Assembly: GCA_026936335.1 (NCBI GenBank)
Contig: JAPMXV010000029.1
Span: 687,366-751,365 of the forward strand
Length of the DNA: 64,000 nt
Reading direction: 5' to 3'
From: Mantamonas sphyraenae STR306
Taxonomy: Eukaryota; Protista; CRuMs
Program-made: the position numbers and the translations under genes
In this document: piece after piece, positions 36,601 through 51,600 of the stretch
How positions within the stretch are numbered: the stretch's first letter is position 1
How the letters are laid out: each line of letters begins with the position of its first letter
Notes under the pieces: model-generated
What the model was told of the DNA's origin: nothing
The model's input: only the letters and a program-made list of their open reading frames with translations
Databases searched by the model: none

Positions 36601-39600
36601 GGTCTCACGTTTAGCCGCGGCGACGGTACGCAGGACCCTGTGCTCACTTTCACGGCGGACGTGACCACGGCCACCGCGCGTCTGGGCACCATTGTGTACC
36701 GCGGTGATGTCAACTACAACGGCGCCGACGCGCTGGTGCTGTATGTCAACGACAACGGTGCCACTGGTCTGGGCGGACCTTTGTCGTCCACGCAGACCAT
36801 CAACCTGAACGTCGTCCCGGTCAACGACGCGCCCGTACTGACTGTGCCCGTGGGCTCGATCACCTCTGAGGATGTGATCGGTTTCTTCAACGGCATGAGC
36901 GTCAGCGACGTGGACGTTGCGAATGCGATTGTCAGCGTCAACATCACTGCAACGCTGGGCCTGGTGATGACCGGTGGCACGACCACGGGACTCACGTACA
37001 CCGTAGGCAACGGCGCCTCATTCTTCCCCGAGCTGCGCTTCTACGGCACCCTGACCCAAATCAACGCTGGCATCTCCACCATGCGCTACCTGCCGCTGGC
37101 CGACCGCAACGGCGACGACTTTGTGCAGGTGAGCGTGTCTGATGGCGGTGCCACGGGTCTGGGAGGCGCACTGTTCGACCAGGCCGTGTGGGTGGTCAAC
37201 GTCACTGCCGTGAACGACGCACCCGTGTGGTCTCTGCCTACAGGTGGCACACCCGTTGTCCTCGAGGAGAACGACTTGATCATCACGGGCGTCGACGTGA
37301 ACGACGTCGATGTCAAAGACCGTGTCATGGCGTTCAACATCAGCAGCGGCATTGGTCTCATTACGCTGAATAGCACTGCAGGGTTGACGTTTGAGAGCGG
37401 AGACGGCGTGGCAGACGCGTACATGCGCTTCTACAGCACCCTGACGGCTGCTCGCAACGCAGTGCAGCAGCTTGTGTACCGCTCGCAACCGAACCTGCAC
37501 GGAAACGACGTGCTTGTGTTCACTGCCGACGACCAGGGAGCACTGGGCGCAGGCGGTGCGCTGATCCACAATGTCACGTACAATGTGTTTGTGACATCCG
37601 TGAATGACGCCCCGGAGGTGATCCTGCCCAGCCAGGGTACGGTGGCCGAAGAAGCGGATCTCAGCATTGCCGGTGTCAGCCTGACTGATGTCGACGTGGG
37701 TGCCTCTACGTTGTATGTCAACATGAGTGTGGGAAGCGGTGTGTTGTCGCTGGCGACCACCACAGGTCTCACCTTTACGCTGAACTTGGGTGTGCCCATC
37801 GGCGACGGCGTCCAGGACCGAGTGATGGACTTTTCGGGCACCCTGACTGCCATCAACGCAGCCCTGGCCACAGTTGTGTACACGGGAAACCAGCACTACT
37901 TTGGCACCGACTTTTTGTACATCGGTGTGCGTGACGGCGGAGCCAGCGGCGCAGGAGGCGAATTGAGCGGGAGCAACACCATGACCATTACCGTCGTGGG
38001 TGTCAACGATGCTCCTGTGGTCATTGCCCCAAGTACGGCCACGGCAACCGAGGATGTCGACCTGGTCGTTGCAGGTGTGGCCGTGAGCGATGTCGATGTG
38101 GCCAACAACCTGCTTGGCGTCAATTTGACAGTGACTGCAGGCACGTTGACCCTGAGTGGCACCTCGGGCCTCACCTTTGTGCAAGGCGACGGCACGGCCG
38201 ACGCAGACATGATCCTGCGCGGCACAATCACCGACGTCAATGCTGCACTGAACAATTTGGTGTACCGCACAAACCTGCACAGCGTGGCTGCCGACACCCT
38301 GTCCATCGGCGTCGAAGACTTTGGCTCGTTTGGCACGGGTGGCCCGCTGAGCGGAAGCGGAAGTGTTGCGATCGCCGTGACGGCGGTCAACGACGCACCG
38401 TACTTCACTGTGCCCAGCGCACAGTCTGTCAACGAAGACACCGACTTGACCCTCGTGGGAGTCAGCGTGTCTGATGTCGATGTGAACGCAGCCACACTGA
38501 ACGTCAACATGAGCGTGAGTCTTGGTCAGCTGTGGCTGAGCACAACCGCAGGTCTGACCTTTTCCACGGGCTCCGGCTCTGCAGACGCCAGCATACATGG
38601 CACTGGCAGCGTTACATCGTGGCAGAATGCACTGACCAACATGGTGTACCGCGGCAACGCGCATGTGTATGGCACCGACACGCTGCATCTCGGAGTGCGC
38701 GACAATGCAGCCAGCGGCGTGGGCGGCGAACTCAGCGGCGCGTCGGCACTTACCATCACCGTAGTGTCGATCAACGATGCGCCTGTGGTGAGCACACCAG
38801 GGACAGCCTCTGTGATGGAGGACATCCCTGCTGCCATCAGCGGTGTGTCTGTGAGCGACGTGGACGTGTACGCCGCTCCGTTGCTGGTCAACGTGAGCAC
38901 CTCGCATGGATTGATCACCTTGGCGACCACCGAGGGTCTGACCATGCTGCAGGGCGACGGTACGCAGGACGCCACAGTCCGTTTCAACGCAGCCAACCTG
39001 ACGCGTGTCAACAACGCTCTGGCCGGCTTGGTGTACGTGAACCAGCCTGACTACAATGGAGGAGACATCATGACCATCACCGTGGAGGATCTGGGCCAGA
39101 GCGGAGTGGGCGGCAGCCTAGTCGGCGTGGGCACCGTGACAATCACCGTCCAAGCGGCCAACGACGCGCCTGTTGTCAGCGGCCCCACATGGGCAGCTGT
39201 CAATGAGGACACCGACTTGACCATCTCTGGATTCAGTGTCACCGATGTGGACGCTGCAGGTGACAATCTGTGGCTGAACATCTCTGCGGGCGCCGGTGCG
39301 GTGTCCCTCCCTGTCACTGCCGGCCTGTCCTTCCGTGTGGGTGACGGTGCTGCAGACAGCTACATGGAAGCACAGGGCACGCTGACGGCCATCAACGCAG
39401 CCCTTGCGACCGTGGTGTACCGTGCAAACAGCAACTACGACGGCTCCGACAAGTTGCAGGTTCTGGTGGACGACCAAGGCCACAACGGCCTGGGCGGAGC
39501 CAAGTTTGGCAACAGAAGCACCCTTGTGCAGATGACAGCCATCAACGATGCGCCCTACCTGCCGGTCCTGGCCACAAAGGTGACCAACGAAGACACAAAC

Positions 39601-42600
39601 CTGACCATCAGTGATCTGGCCATTTCCGACGTGGACATCCGCAGCAACGCCATCACCGTCAACATGACCGTGATGTACGGTCGCATCAGTTTGGCCAGCA
39701 CAGCGGGCATCACGTTTACGCTTGGCTCGGGCAGCGGTGACCGCTTGGTTCAGTTCCAGGGCACTCTCACGGACGCCAACACGGCTCTGAACGGCATGAT
39801 TTACACGCCAGACACCAACTTTTACGGCAGCGACACTCTGTTGGCGTGGGCGAGCGACAGTGGATTCGTGGGTTCCGGCGGTGAGCTCCTGGGCAACTCG
39901 AGCATTCCCATCACGGTCACAAGCCTGAACGATGCCCCAGAGGTGGATGCACCGGCCTCGTTGTCCGCCTCAGAAGACATCGAGTACACCATGACCAGCG
40001 TCTCTGTCACTGACGTCGACGTTGCGTCCAGCCCGCTGAGCGTAACCATGGGCGTCACGCAGGGTGTCCTCACGCTGAACGGCACGGCTGGCCTCACATT
40101 TACGCTGGGCGATGGCTCTGCCGATGCGACCATGCGATTTTCGGGTACGCTGACAAACGTCAACGCAGCTCTCCAGGGCGCAGTATATGCGTCGACCCCC
40201 GAGTGGAATGGCGTCGACACGCTCAATCTGCAGGTGAATGACCAAGGCGCAACTGGCGCTGGTGGAGCACAGTCGGCTACCGTGAACATTCCCATCAACG
40301 TGGCCTCCATCAACGATGGCCCGGCCATCGACATCGGCGCAAACCAAACGATTGCCGAGGACACAGCAGCCACCATCACTGGATACACAGTATCCGACTC
40401 TGATCTTGGCACAAAGTCCATGTACATTCGTCTGTCCACGACGAATGGTGTGATCACGCTGAAGCAAACCACTGGTCTCGTGTTTGACACCGGCAGTGAC
40501 GGCACACGCGATCCCACGCAGATTTTCACCGGTTCTCTCACCAATGTGCGCAATGCAATTTCGCAAATTGTGTATGAACCCAACGCAGACTACTATGGCG
40601 TGGACGCAATCCGCGGAGAGACCAACGATTTCGGCTTCACCGGTGCAGGAGGTGCCCAGGGCGATCTCAAGTACCTGTATGTGACGGTGACCCCTGTGAA
40701 CGACCCGCCCAGTTGGAACGTCCCCACCACACGCACGCTCGATGAGGACACCGAATTGACTGTGGGTGGCGGCGTGATCAACATTGCGGATGTCGACGGA
40801 AGCGGCGGAGACATTGAGACTCGTGTCACCGTCGATCAAGGACGCGTGGCGTTGGCCAACACCAATGGTTTGACATTTACCACGGGAACGGGTGCGTATG
40901 ACACACAGATGATTTTTACGGGCACGTTGGACGCGACAAACCAAGGTCTGTACTTTTTCATCTACCGTCCGGATCAGGACTTTGCTGGCACCGCTACGGT
41001 GACGCTGTGGACGGATGACCGTGGAAATGTGGGCACCGGCCCGTCGTACCAACGCCAGACAACGCTGCAGTTTGTGGTGAATCCGCTCAATGACGAACCG
41101 CGTCTGCTCAACCCCATTGTGGGCACACAGACAGTGAGTGAGGACACCGACCTCACCCTCACAGGCATTGGAGTCACAGACAACGACGTCACGACCCAGA
41201 TGGTGGAGATCTCCTTGTCCGCTTCGTACGGTACGCTGACGCTGCCCACGACCACTGGCTTTGTCTTTGGCGTGGGTGACGGTATCGCAGACGCCACGAT
41301 GAAGTTTAACACGACCATGGCCAACTTCAACAGCAGCATGAGTGGCTCTGGCATCGTGTACCGCGGCAACGCTCACTATTTTGGAAGCGATGTGATTTCA
41401 CTCAATGTCAGCGACAATGGTATCAGCGGACTGCCTGGTGCCCGTACGGACAGCTCAACTATTGTTGTTTGTGGTCAGTATCAATGACGCTCCTTTGGTC
41501 ACCGTGCCTGCAGCACAGGCTGTGAACGAAGACACGGATCTGACACTGAGCGCCGCCACGGCCATTTCGGTGAGCGACGTCGACGTGGGCGGCGCCAACG
41601 TGTACATGGAGCTCAATGTGACGCAAGGTGCCATCACATTCGTGAGTACCACCGGACTCACTTTTGACAATGCATGCACAGGCACTGCCTGCGCTGTGGC
41701 CAAGCTGCACGCAGACCTGACTGCCCTCAACGCAGCCCTGGCGACCATTGTGTACCGCCCGGGAAGCCACTACAACGGTGCGGATACGCTAGGCGTGTAT
41801 GCACATGACAACGGCGTGCAGGGTACTGGCGGCCAGCTTCAAGACTACAAGACCGTGGCACTTACCGTCAACGCAGTCAACGACGCGCCGACCATCACTG
41901 CACCTGGATTGCAGGTGGTCACTGAAGATCAAACCACGTCACTGAATGGTTTGATATCTGTGTCCGACTTGGACGTGTTTGCAAACAACCTGCGCCTGAA
42001 CCTGAGTGTGGCCAACGGCCAGCTGAGCCTCGACTCTGCTGTCGCCGGCTTGACTGTGGTCCAAGGCAACGTGTCTGCAGATACCGACTTGCGTCTGCTT
42101 GGTACACTCACTGTGCTGAACAACGCCCTCAATGTGCTTTCGTACACACCGGGCCTGAATTTTGAGGGTGTCGACCAGCTGTCCATGGTAATCGACGACA
42201 ACGGCTACACCGGCAGCGGAGGAGTGCTATCCACCTCTGTTCAAATGGCGCTTGGAGTCAATGGTGCAAACGATGCTCCGGTGGTCAATCTGCCTGCCAC
42301 GCAGAGTGTGGCTGAGGACGTGGATCTGACCATCAGCGGCATCTCCATTGCCGACTCGGACATCGGTGCAAACCAAGGCCGCGTCCGATTGAACGTCAGC
42401 CATGGCGTACTCACCGTGGTTTCTACCTCGGGTCTGTCGTTCAACCTCGGTGATGGATCTGCAGACACGGAAATGCAGTTCACCGGGACCATCACGCAGC
42501 TCAACCTGGCGCTGAGCTCAGTGATTTACCGCAACAACATCGACTACAACGGCGATGACACCATTCTCGTGGAGGCCAATGACCTGGGCAACACCGGCGT

Positions 42601-45600
42601 GGGTGGAGCCCTCACAGCTTCCCGCACGCTCACCGTCCAGGTGACGCCTGTGAACGACCGCCCTGCCATCACACCTGTGGGTGGAGTGAACGTGGACGAG
42701 GACACGGATCTGACGATCGTAGGTGTGCAAGTGACCGATATCGACGTCCTTGACGGATCGATGGAGATGAACTTGACGGTGACGCATGGTGTGCTGACGA
42801 GCGTGAACGCAGGCGGCGTGACGTTTGTGTCTGGCACGAGCAACGGAGGACGCAGTCTGGTGCTGAACGGCACGGTGACGGCGCTGAACGCGGCCATCGG
42901 GCAGGTGGTGTACCACGGCGACCTGCACTTCTTTGGCAGCGACTCGCTCGAACTGAGCGTGCGCGACAAGGGCAACACGGGAGCCGGCGGTGAGCAGACA
43001 GACAGCCAGAGTGTGGCGATCACTGTGAATGGTGTGAACGACGCGCTGGTGATCACTCTGCCGAGTGCACAGAGTGTGGCTGAGGACACGGATCTGACGA
43101 TTGGTGGCATCAGCGTGAGCGATGTGGACGTGGCCGGATTTGCGTTCCGAGTGAACGTGAGTGTGAGCGCAGGCAGCCTGTGGCTGGGCAGCACGACGGG
43201 TCTGACGTTTGGCAGTGGCGACGGAGTGAACGACACGTGGATTGTGTTTGACGGGTCGATCACGGCTGTGAACGCAGCACTGTCGAACATGGTGTACCGT
43301 GGAGTGACACAGTACAACGGAGCAGACGGGCTTGTTGTGTGGGTGTCTGACCAGGGAGCAGTCGGCAGCGGTGGTGAGCAGGTGTCGAACAAGACACTTG
43401 TGATCAACGTGGTGGCTGTGAACGATGCACCTGTGCTGAGTGTGCCTGGGGCACAGAGCACGGCCGAGGACACTGCGCTGACAGTGAGCGGCGTGAGTGT
43501 GGCGGACGTGGACGTTGCGGGCGGAGCGATGAACGTGAACGTGAGTGTGAGTGCTGGCCGAGTGTGGCTGGCGAGCACGAACGGCCTTGTGTTCAGTGCA
43601 GGCAACGGCAGCAGCGACGGACGGGTGGAGTTCAGCGGCAGCGTGACGGATGTGAACAACGCGCTGGCGACAGTTGTGTACATGCCGGACAGTGCGTTCA
43701 ACGGAGTGGACAGCATTGTGGTGAGCGTGAACGACGGTGGCAACACGGGCAGTGGCGGAGTGCTTGGAGACAGTGGCAGCATTGTTGTGACTGTGTCGAG
43801 CGTGAACGACGCGCCTGTGCTGAGTGTGCCGAGTGGACAGAGCGGCGTTGAGGACACGGATCTGACGATTGGTGGCATCAGCGTGAGCGATGTGGATGCC
43901 GCAGCTGGACTTGTGGGCGTCAAGGTGGCCGCTGCACAGGGTACAGTGAGTCTGGGATCGCTGTCTGGAGTTGTGTTCAACGCTGGAGACGGCGTGCGTG
44001 ACGCATTCATCGATTTCAACGCCACGTTGACAAACGCCAACGCCGCGCTTAACAACCTGGTGTATCTGGGAAGCCAGCATCTTGTGGGTGACGACGTGAT
44101 CGCCATCAACGTGACCGATTACGGAAACAGTGGCGTTGGAGGTGCACTGAGCGACAGCGCAAGCTTCGTCGTCACCCTCAGCGCAGTCAACGACGCACCA
44201 ACCGTCATTTTGCCCAGCTCCCCGTCGGGCAACGAGGATTCAAACATTGCTGTCGCCGGCATCAGCGTGAGCGATGTGGATGTGGCAGACAACTTCCTGG
44301 CGGTCAACCTGACTGCCGGTTCAGGCACCCTCAGTCTTGTCACTTTCGACGGCATCTCGCTTACTGGAGCCAGCACCGGTACAAATGACGCCGTTCTTGC
44401 CTTTGTGGGCAACATCACTTCGGTGAACAACGCTCTGGCGAACATCCTGTACCGTGGGGACGCCAACTTTAATGGCGTCGACCAAATTGTGGTTGGCGTG
44501 GAAGACGGTGGCGCTGTTGGCACAGGTGGCTCTCTCTACGCACAGGCATCGTTGGCCATCACCGTCAACGGAGTCAACGATGCCACCGACACTGCAGGTG
44601 CCTGCGACGCAAAGTGTCCTCGAGGGCACGACCGTCACCATGGCCGGACTGACGTTGTCGGACATCGACGCCGCCAGTGGAACCATGGAATTGCAGCTGC
44701 AGGTGACGAGTGGTCTTCTCACGCTGAATGGTGCCACGACTGGACTGACTTTTGTCACGGGCGGGCCGTCTCTGAATGCTCTCATGGTTTTCCGAGGCAC
44801 GCTCTCTCAGCTGAACACGTCGGTGAGCAGTCTGGTGTACGAGCCTGCGCAGTATTTCAATGGTCAGGACACCGTCAGCGTCTTGTTGTCGGACCTCGGC
44901 TTCACGGGCATTGGCGGCACTCTGTCCACGCAAGGGTCGTTCAACATCACTGTGACCCCGTACAACAACGCACCGACCATCGCTGTGCCCGGGGCGCAGA
45001 GCACCGAAGAGGACACCCTTGTCAACATCGTGGGTGTCAGCGTCTCCGATATTGATGCAGGTGCCACTCCGGTCAGTGTCAACGCTAGCGCCGCAAACGG
45101 TGTCATTGTGCTCGCCTCTACAACAGGCATCACATTCACCACAGGCGACAACTCAGGAGTTGCACTCATGCGATTCACCGGCACGTTGACGGATGTGAAC
45201 ACGGCTCTTGCCACTCTGGCGTACACTCCCAACAACAACTACTTTGGTACAGACACCATCTCTGTGGGCGTGAACGACAACGGAGGCACAGGTGAAGGCG
45301 GGCCGGCAAGCTCTGCCAGCTCGTTCACCGTGCTCGTCAATGCAGTCAACGACAACATGAACATAACGGTTCTGGGTGCACAAACAGTCAACGAAGACAC
45401 TGATCTGACTCTGTTTGGCATCACCCTGACGGACCAGGACGTGGGCACGAACGAGATCCTGGTCAATTTGACCACGAACATCGGCACCCTTACTTTGTCC
45501 AACACAACCGGGTTGACGTTCTATCTCGGCAACGGGACGGCAGACTCCAACATGCAGCTCTTGGGCTCGCTGGCCATCATCAACGACGCCCTGCACGGAG

Positions 45601-48600
45601 CCGTGTACCGCAGTTTGCTCAACCAGAACGGCGCAGACACACTGGACATTTGGGTGTCCGACCGTGGCTTTGGCAGCGCGAATGGCACTGTGACCATCAG
45701 CCAGAAAGCGCAGATCATCAACGTGGCCCCGGTGAACGACGCACCTGTGCTCACACCCAGCCCTGCCTCGGTTTCCGTCGATGAAGACAGTCAGCTTACC
45801 CTGTCTGGCATTTCCGTCGCAGACGTCGACGTGGCCGCGTCCTCTCTTTTCTTCAACTTCACTGTGTCCAGGGGCTCACTTTCGCTGGGAAGTACGACCG
45901 GTTTGTTGTTCACCCTTGGCGCCGGATCAGGTGACAAGGCCATGCACTTCACCGCCACCACAACCCAGTTTGCAAGTGCCATCGCCGCAGCTGGCCTCGT
46001 GTACCAACCGGACCCGAACTACAATGGAGTGGATGTCCTCCACCTCCTCGTGTCCGACCAGGGCGCAACAGGCTCCGGTGGCGCTCTCACGGATACCGCT
46101 ACAACCGTTATCACAGTCAATGCGGTCAACGACGGACCGACCGTCGTCGTGCCGAGCTCCCAGAGCGCTGTGGAGGATGTTCAGTTGACCATTGCTGGCA
46201 TTTCAGTGTCGGACATTGATGCAGGCGCATCGCTGGTGACCGTCAACGCGAGTGTCTCCAACGGACAGATCTGGCTTCGAAACACGACTTCCTTGATCTT
46301 TGCGCTTGGCAGCGGATCTGCAGATGTGGATGTGCGCTTCCGTGGTACGCTCACCGCCGTCAACGAGGCCTTGAGTAGCGTGGTCTACCTGGCACAGTCT
46401 CACTACAACGGAGCGGACACCCTCGTGATCAACGTCGATGACAACGGCAACAGTGGCTCCGGTGGGTTGCTTACAGCATCCGCCTCCGTTCCGCTTTCTG
46501 TCGCTGCAGTCAACGACGCCCCGGTGTTGACGGTGCCTGCTGCCCAGAGCACGAATGAGGACGCAGCGCCCCTGGTGATCTCGGGTATCAGCGTCACCGA
46601 CGTGGATGCGGGAGCAAACGCGATGCAGTTCAACATGTCCGTGTCCAGCGGCACCATCACGATTCCTACAACCGCAGGGCTCACCTTCGTTGTCGGTGAC
46701 GGTGTCAACGACCGATTTGTCTCGTTTACGACCTCAATGACCAACTTCAACACCAGCATGACCACGGGAGGCGTCGCGTACTCGGGCGACCTGAACTTTG
46801 AGGGAACGGACACCTTGCTTGTAGTCGTCAGCGATCTCGGCAACACCGGCGGCGTCGCTCTGACAAACACAGGCTCTGTCACCATCACGGTCAATGCTGT
46901 GAACGACGCCCCACTCATTACTGTGCCTGGCGCCCAGGTGGTAAACGAAGAGTCCGACCTGCTGGTGTCAGGCATCAGCGTTGCAGACGTCGATGTGGCA
47001 ACCGGCTCCATGTCCTTCAACGCCAGCGTGTCCAACGGTATCATCCGCCTCGGGTCATCGGTGCCCTCTCTGACCTCGATCAGTGGCAACAACTCTGCGT
47101 CGTTGTCGTTCACCGGCTCGCTCACGGCGCTGAACAACGCCCTGGCCACGCTTGTGTATCATGGCAATGTGAACTTCCAGGGCGTGGACACGCTGCTCTT
47201 GGGTGTGCGAGACAACGGCAACACGGGAAGCGGCGGTGAGCTCAGTCACGCTGCCTCTGTTTCTATCACCGTGGCGGAAGTCAATGACCCGCCCGTTCTC
47301 ACCGCACCCTCGAGTGCAACTGCCAACGAAGATGTTGACGTGACCATTGGTGGTGTGTCTGTTGCAGACCCGGATGTCGGTGGTGGCCTCATGTCCTTCA
47401 ACATCAGTGTGAGCAATGGCGTGCTCACGCTGCCGAACCGAAACAGTGGTGAAGTTTTCGTTGTTGGCGACGGCGTTCAAGATGGAACCATCCACCTGCT
47501 GGGCAACGTGACCACAATCAACGCGGTGTCCAGCGCCATTGTCTACCGCGCCAATGAGAACTACAACGGGCCGGATACCCTCAGCGTGTTTGTCAGCGAT
47601 CGTGGACACTCCGGCTCTGGTGGAGCTCTTTCGGATTCCGCGAACGTGGCGATCACGGTTGTGGCTGTGAACGACGGCCCTGTGCTGAGTGTTGTGTCTG
47701 CACAGAGTGTGGCTGAGGACGTGGATCTGACGATCAACGGCATCAGCGTGACGGACGTGGACGTTGCAGGCAACGCATTCCAGGCGAACGTGAGCGTGAG
47801 CCAGGGTGTGGTGACCGCAGTGACGACGACGGGCCTGACATTCAGTGTTGGCGACGGTGCGTCGGACGCGACGATGAGCTTCACGGGCACGCTGACCCAG
47901 GTGCAGACTGCACTGGGTGTGCTGGTGTACCGCGGGGCACAGGATTACAACGGCGCAGACACGCTTGTGGTGCGCGTGAGTGACCTGGGCAACGTGGGTG
48001 TGGGGGGAGAGTTGACAGACAGCGGCAGCGTGGGCATCACGGTGACGCAGGTGAACGACCGACCTGCCATCACACCTGTGGGTGGAGTGAACGTGGACGA
48101 GGACACGGATCTGACGATTGCAGGCATCACTGTGACGGACATTGACGTGGGCGGAGAGTCCATGGAGATGAACTTGACGGTGACGCATGGTGTGCTGACA
48201 AGCGTGAACGCAGGCGGCGTGACGTTTGTGTCTGGCACGAGCAACGGAGGACGCAGTCTGGTGCTGAACGGCACGGTGACGGCGCTGAACGCGGCCATCG
48301 GGCAGGTGGTGTACCACGGCGACCTGCACTTCTTTGGCAGCGACTCGCTCGAACTGAGCGTGCGCGACAAGGGCAACACGGGAGCCGGCGGTGAGCAGAC
48401 AGACAGCCAGAGTGTGGCGATCACTGTGAATGGTGTGAACGACGCGCTGGTGATCACTCTGCCGAGTGCACAGAGTGTGGCTGAGGACACGGATCTGACG
48501 ATTGGTGGCATCAGCGTGAGCGATGTGGACGTGGCCGGATTTGCGTTCCGAGTGAACGTGAGTGTGAGCGCAGGCAGCCTGTGGCTGGGCAGCACGACGG

Positions 48601-51600
48601 GTCTGACGTTTGGCAGTGGCGACGGAGTGAACGACACGTGGATTGTGTTTGACGGGTCGATCACGGCTGTGAACGCAGCACTGTCGAACATGGTGTACCG
48701 TGGAGTGACACAGTACAACGGAGCAGACGGGCTTGTTGTGTGGGTGTCTGACCAGGGAGCAGTCGGCAGCGGTGGTGAGCAGGTGTCGAACAAGACACTT
48801 GTGATCAACGTGGTGGCTGTGAACGATGCACCTGTGCTGAGTGTGCCTGGGGCACAGAGCACGGCCGAGGACACTGCGCTGACAGTGAGCGGCGTGAGTG
48901 TGGCGGACGTGGACGTTGCCGGCGGAGCGATGAACGTGAACGTGAGTGTGAGTGCTGGCCGAGTGTGGCTGGCGAGCACGAACGGCCTTGTGTTCAGTGC
49001 AGGCAACGGCAGCAGCGACGGACGGGTGGAGTTCAGCGGCAGCGTGACGGATGTGAACAACGCGCTGGCGACAGTTGTGTACATGCCGGACAGTGCGTTC
49101 AACGGAGTGGACAGCATTGTGGTGAGCGTGAACGACGGTGGCAACACGGGCAGTGGCGGAGTGCTTGGAGACAGTGGCAGCATTGTTGTGACTGTGTCGA
49201 GCGTGAACGACGCGCCTGTGCTGAGTGTGCCGAGTGGACAGAGCGGCGTTGAGGACACGGATCTGACGATTGGTGGCATCAGCGTGAGCGATGTGGACAT
49301 TGCGGGCAGTCTGCTGCTGGTGAACGTGAGCGCAAGCCAGGGTGTGGTGACACTGGGCAGCATGAGCGGCGTGACGATTGTGGACGGAGCAGCATCGGGC
49401 ACGAAGGATGTGCGCTTTGTGGCGACGCTGACAAACGCAAACGCGGCGCTGAACAACATTGTGTACCGTGGAGACGCGCAGTACAATGGAGGAGACACGA
49501 TCACGGTGACAGTGAACGACCAGGGAGCAAGTGGCACGGGTGGAGCACTGGGCGACACGCGCACGATTGGTGTGAGTGTGAGTGCGGTGAACGACGCGCC
49601 TGTGCTGAGCCTGCCTTCGCCAGTTGCTGTTTCTGAGGACAGTGGTCTGACGATCAGTGGCCTCTCTGTGTCCGATCTGGATGTCGGGGCTTCCAATCTG
49701 CAGGTCACCTTCAACTCTACTCTCGGAAAGATCTGGTTGATTAACACTGCTGGACTCTCGTTTGCTCCAGAGTGTCCCACTGGACGCGAGTGCAAGTTTA
49801 TTCGTTTCCAGGGCACATACACTGCAACTGCCGCTGCGCTGAGTCCTATTTTCTACGCGGGTGACCCAGATGCTCAAGGTCTAGAGCAAATTGTGATTGA
49901 AGTGTCTGATCTTGGAAACACTGGTGCGGGCGGGCCGTTGACCGATTCGGGTGTCCTCAACGTGACCATTGAGAACCTTAACGATCGCCCTGTGCCAAGT
50001 GTTCAGAGCCTCATGAGCACGAATGAGGATACCCCTATCAACATTACCAACATCTCTGTGGTGGATCTGGATTCCCCTATTCTGTACCTCAACATCTCCG
50101 TTGCATCTGGTTTCATCGATATCCCCAACACAGCAGGGTTGACAATCGTTGAGAACAACAATGGTACCGGAATCAATGGGTCAAACCACATCTACAAATT
50201 CGAAGCACCCATCGCAGACATGAACGCCGCACTGCAGAGTGTGGTTTACTATCCGCCCAAGGACTTTGTTGGGCTTGACTACATTGTGCTCACCTTCCAC
50301 GACGAACGTGGAGTTTCGGGTCAAAACGAAAACCGCGTCTCTGAGGCGGTCATCTACATGACAGTCATCGACGTAAACGACGGGCCATCATTGCTCGTTC
50401 CCGGTGCGCAAACCACAGCAGAGGACGTGGACCTCACCATCGCTGGTATCGCCGTATCCGATATCGACGTAGCCGCTCAACCGTTCCAGGCAAACGTGAG
50501 CGTGAGCCAGGGTGTGGTGACAACGGTTTTTACGACAGGCCTGACATTCAGTGTTGGCGACGGTGCGTCGGACGCGACGATGAGCTTCACGGGCACGCTG
50601 ACCCAGGTGCAGACGGCACTGGGTGTGCTGGTGTACCGCGGGGCACAGGATTACAACGGCGCAGACACGCTTGTGGTGCGCGTGAGTGACCTGGGCAACG
50701 TGGGTGTGGGTGGAGAGTTGACAGACAGCGGCAGCGTGGGCATCACGGTGACGCAGGTGAACGACCGCCCTGCCATCACACCTGTGGGTGGAGTGAACGT
50801 GGACGAGGACACGGATCTGACGATTGCAGGCATCACTGTGACGGACATTGACGTGGGCGGAGAGTCCATGGAGATGAACTTGACGGTGACGCATGGTGTG
50901 CTGACGAGCGTGAACGCAGGCGGCGTGACGTTTGTGTCTGGCACAAGCAACGGAGGACGCAGTCTGGTGCTGAACGGCACGGTGACGGCGCTGAACGCGG
51001 CCATCGGGCAGGTGGTGTACCACGGCGACCTGCACTTCTTTGGCAGCGACTCGCTCGAACTGAGCGTGCGCGACAAGGGCAACACGGGAGCCGGCGGTGA
51101 GCAGACAGACAGCCAGAGTGTGGCGATCACTGTGAATGGTGTGAACGACGCGCTGGTGATCACTCTGCCGAGTGCACAGAGTGTGGCTGAGGACACGGAT
51201 CTGACGATTGGTGGCATCAGCGTGAGCGATGTGGACGTGGCCGGATTTGCGTTCCGAGTGAACGTGAGTGTGAGCGCAGGCAGCCTGTGGCTGGGCAGCA
51301 CGACGGGTCTGACGTTTGGCAGTGGCGACGGAGTGAACGACACGTGGATTGTGTTTGACGGGTCGATCACGGCTGTGAACGCAGCACTGTCGAACATGGT
51401 GTACCGTGGAGTGACACAGTACAACGGAGCAGACGGGCTTGTTGTGTGGGTGTCTGACCAGGGAGCAGTCGGCAGCGGTGGTGAGCAGGTGTCGAACAAG
51501 ACGCTTGTGATCAACGTGGTGGCTGTGAACGACGCACCTGTGCTGAGTGTGCCTGGGGCACAGAGCACGGCCGAGGACACTGCGCTGACAGTGAGCGGCG

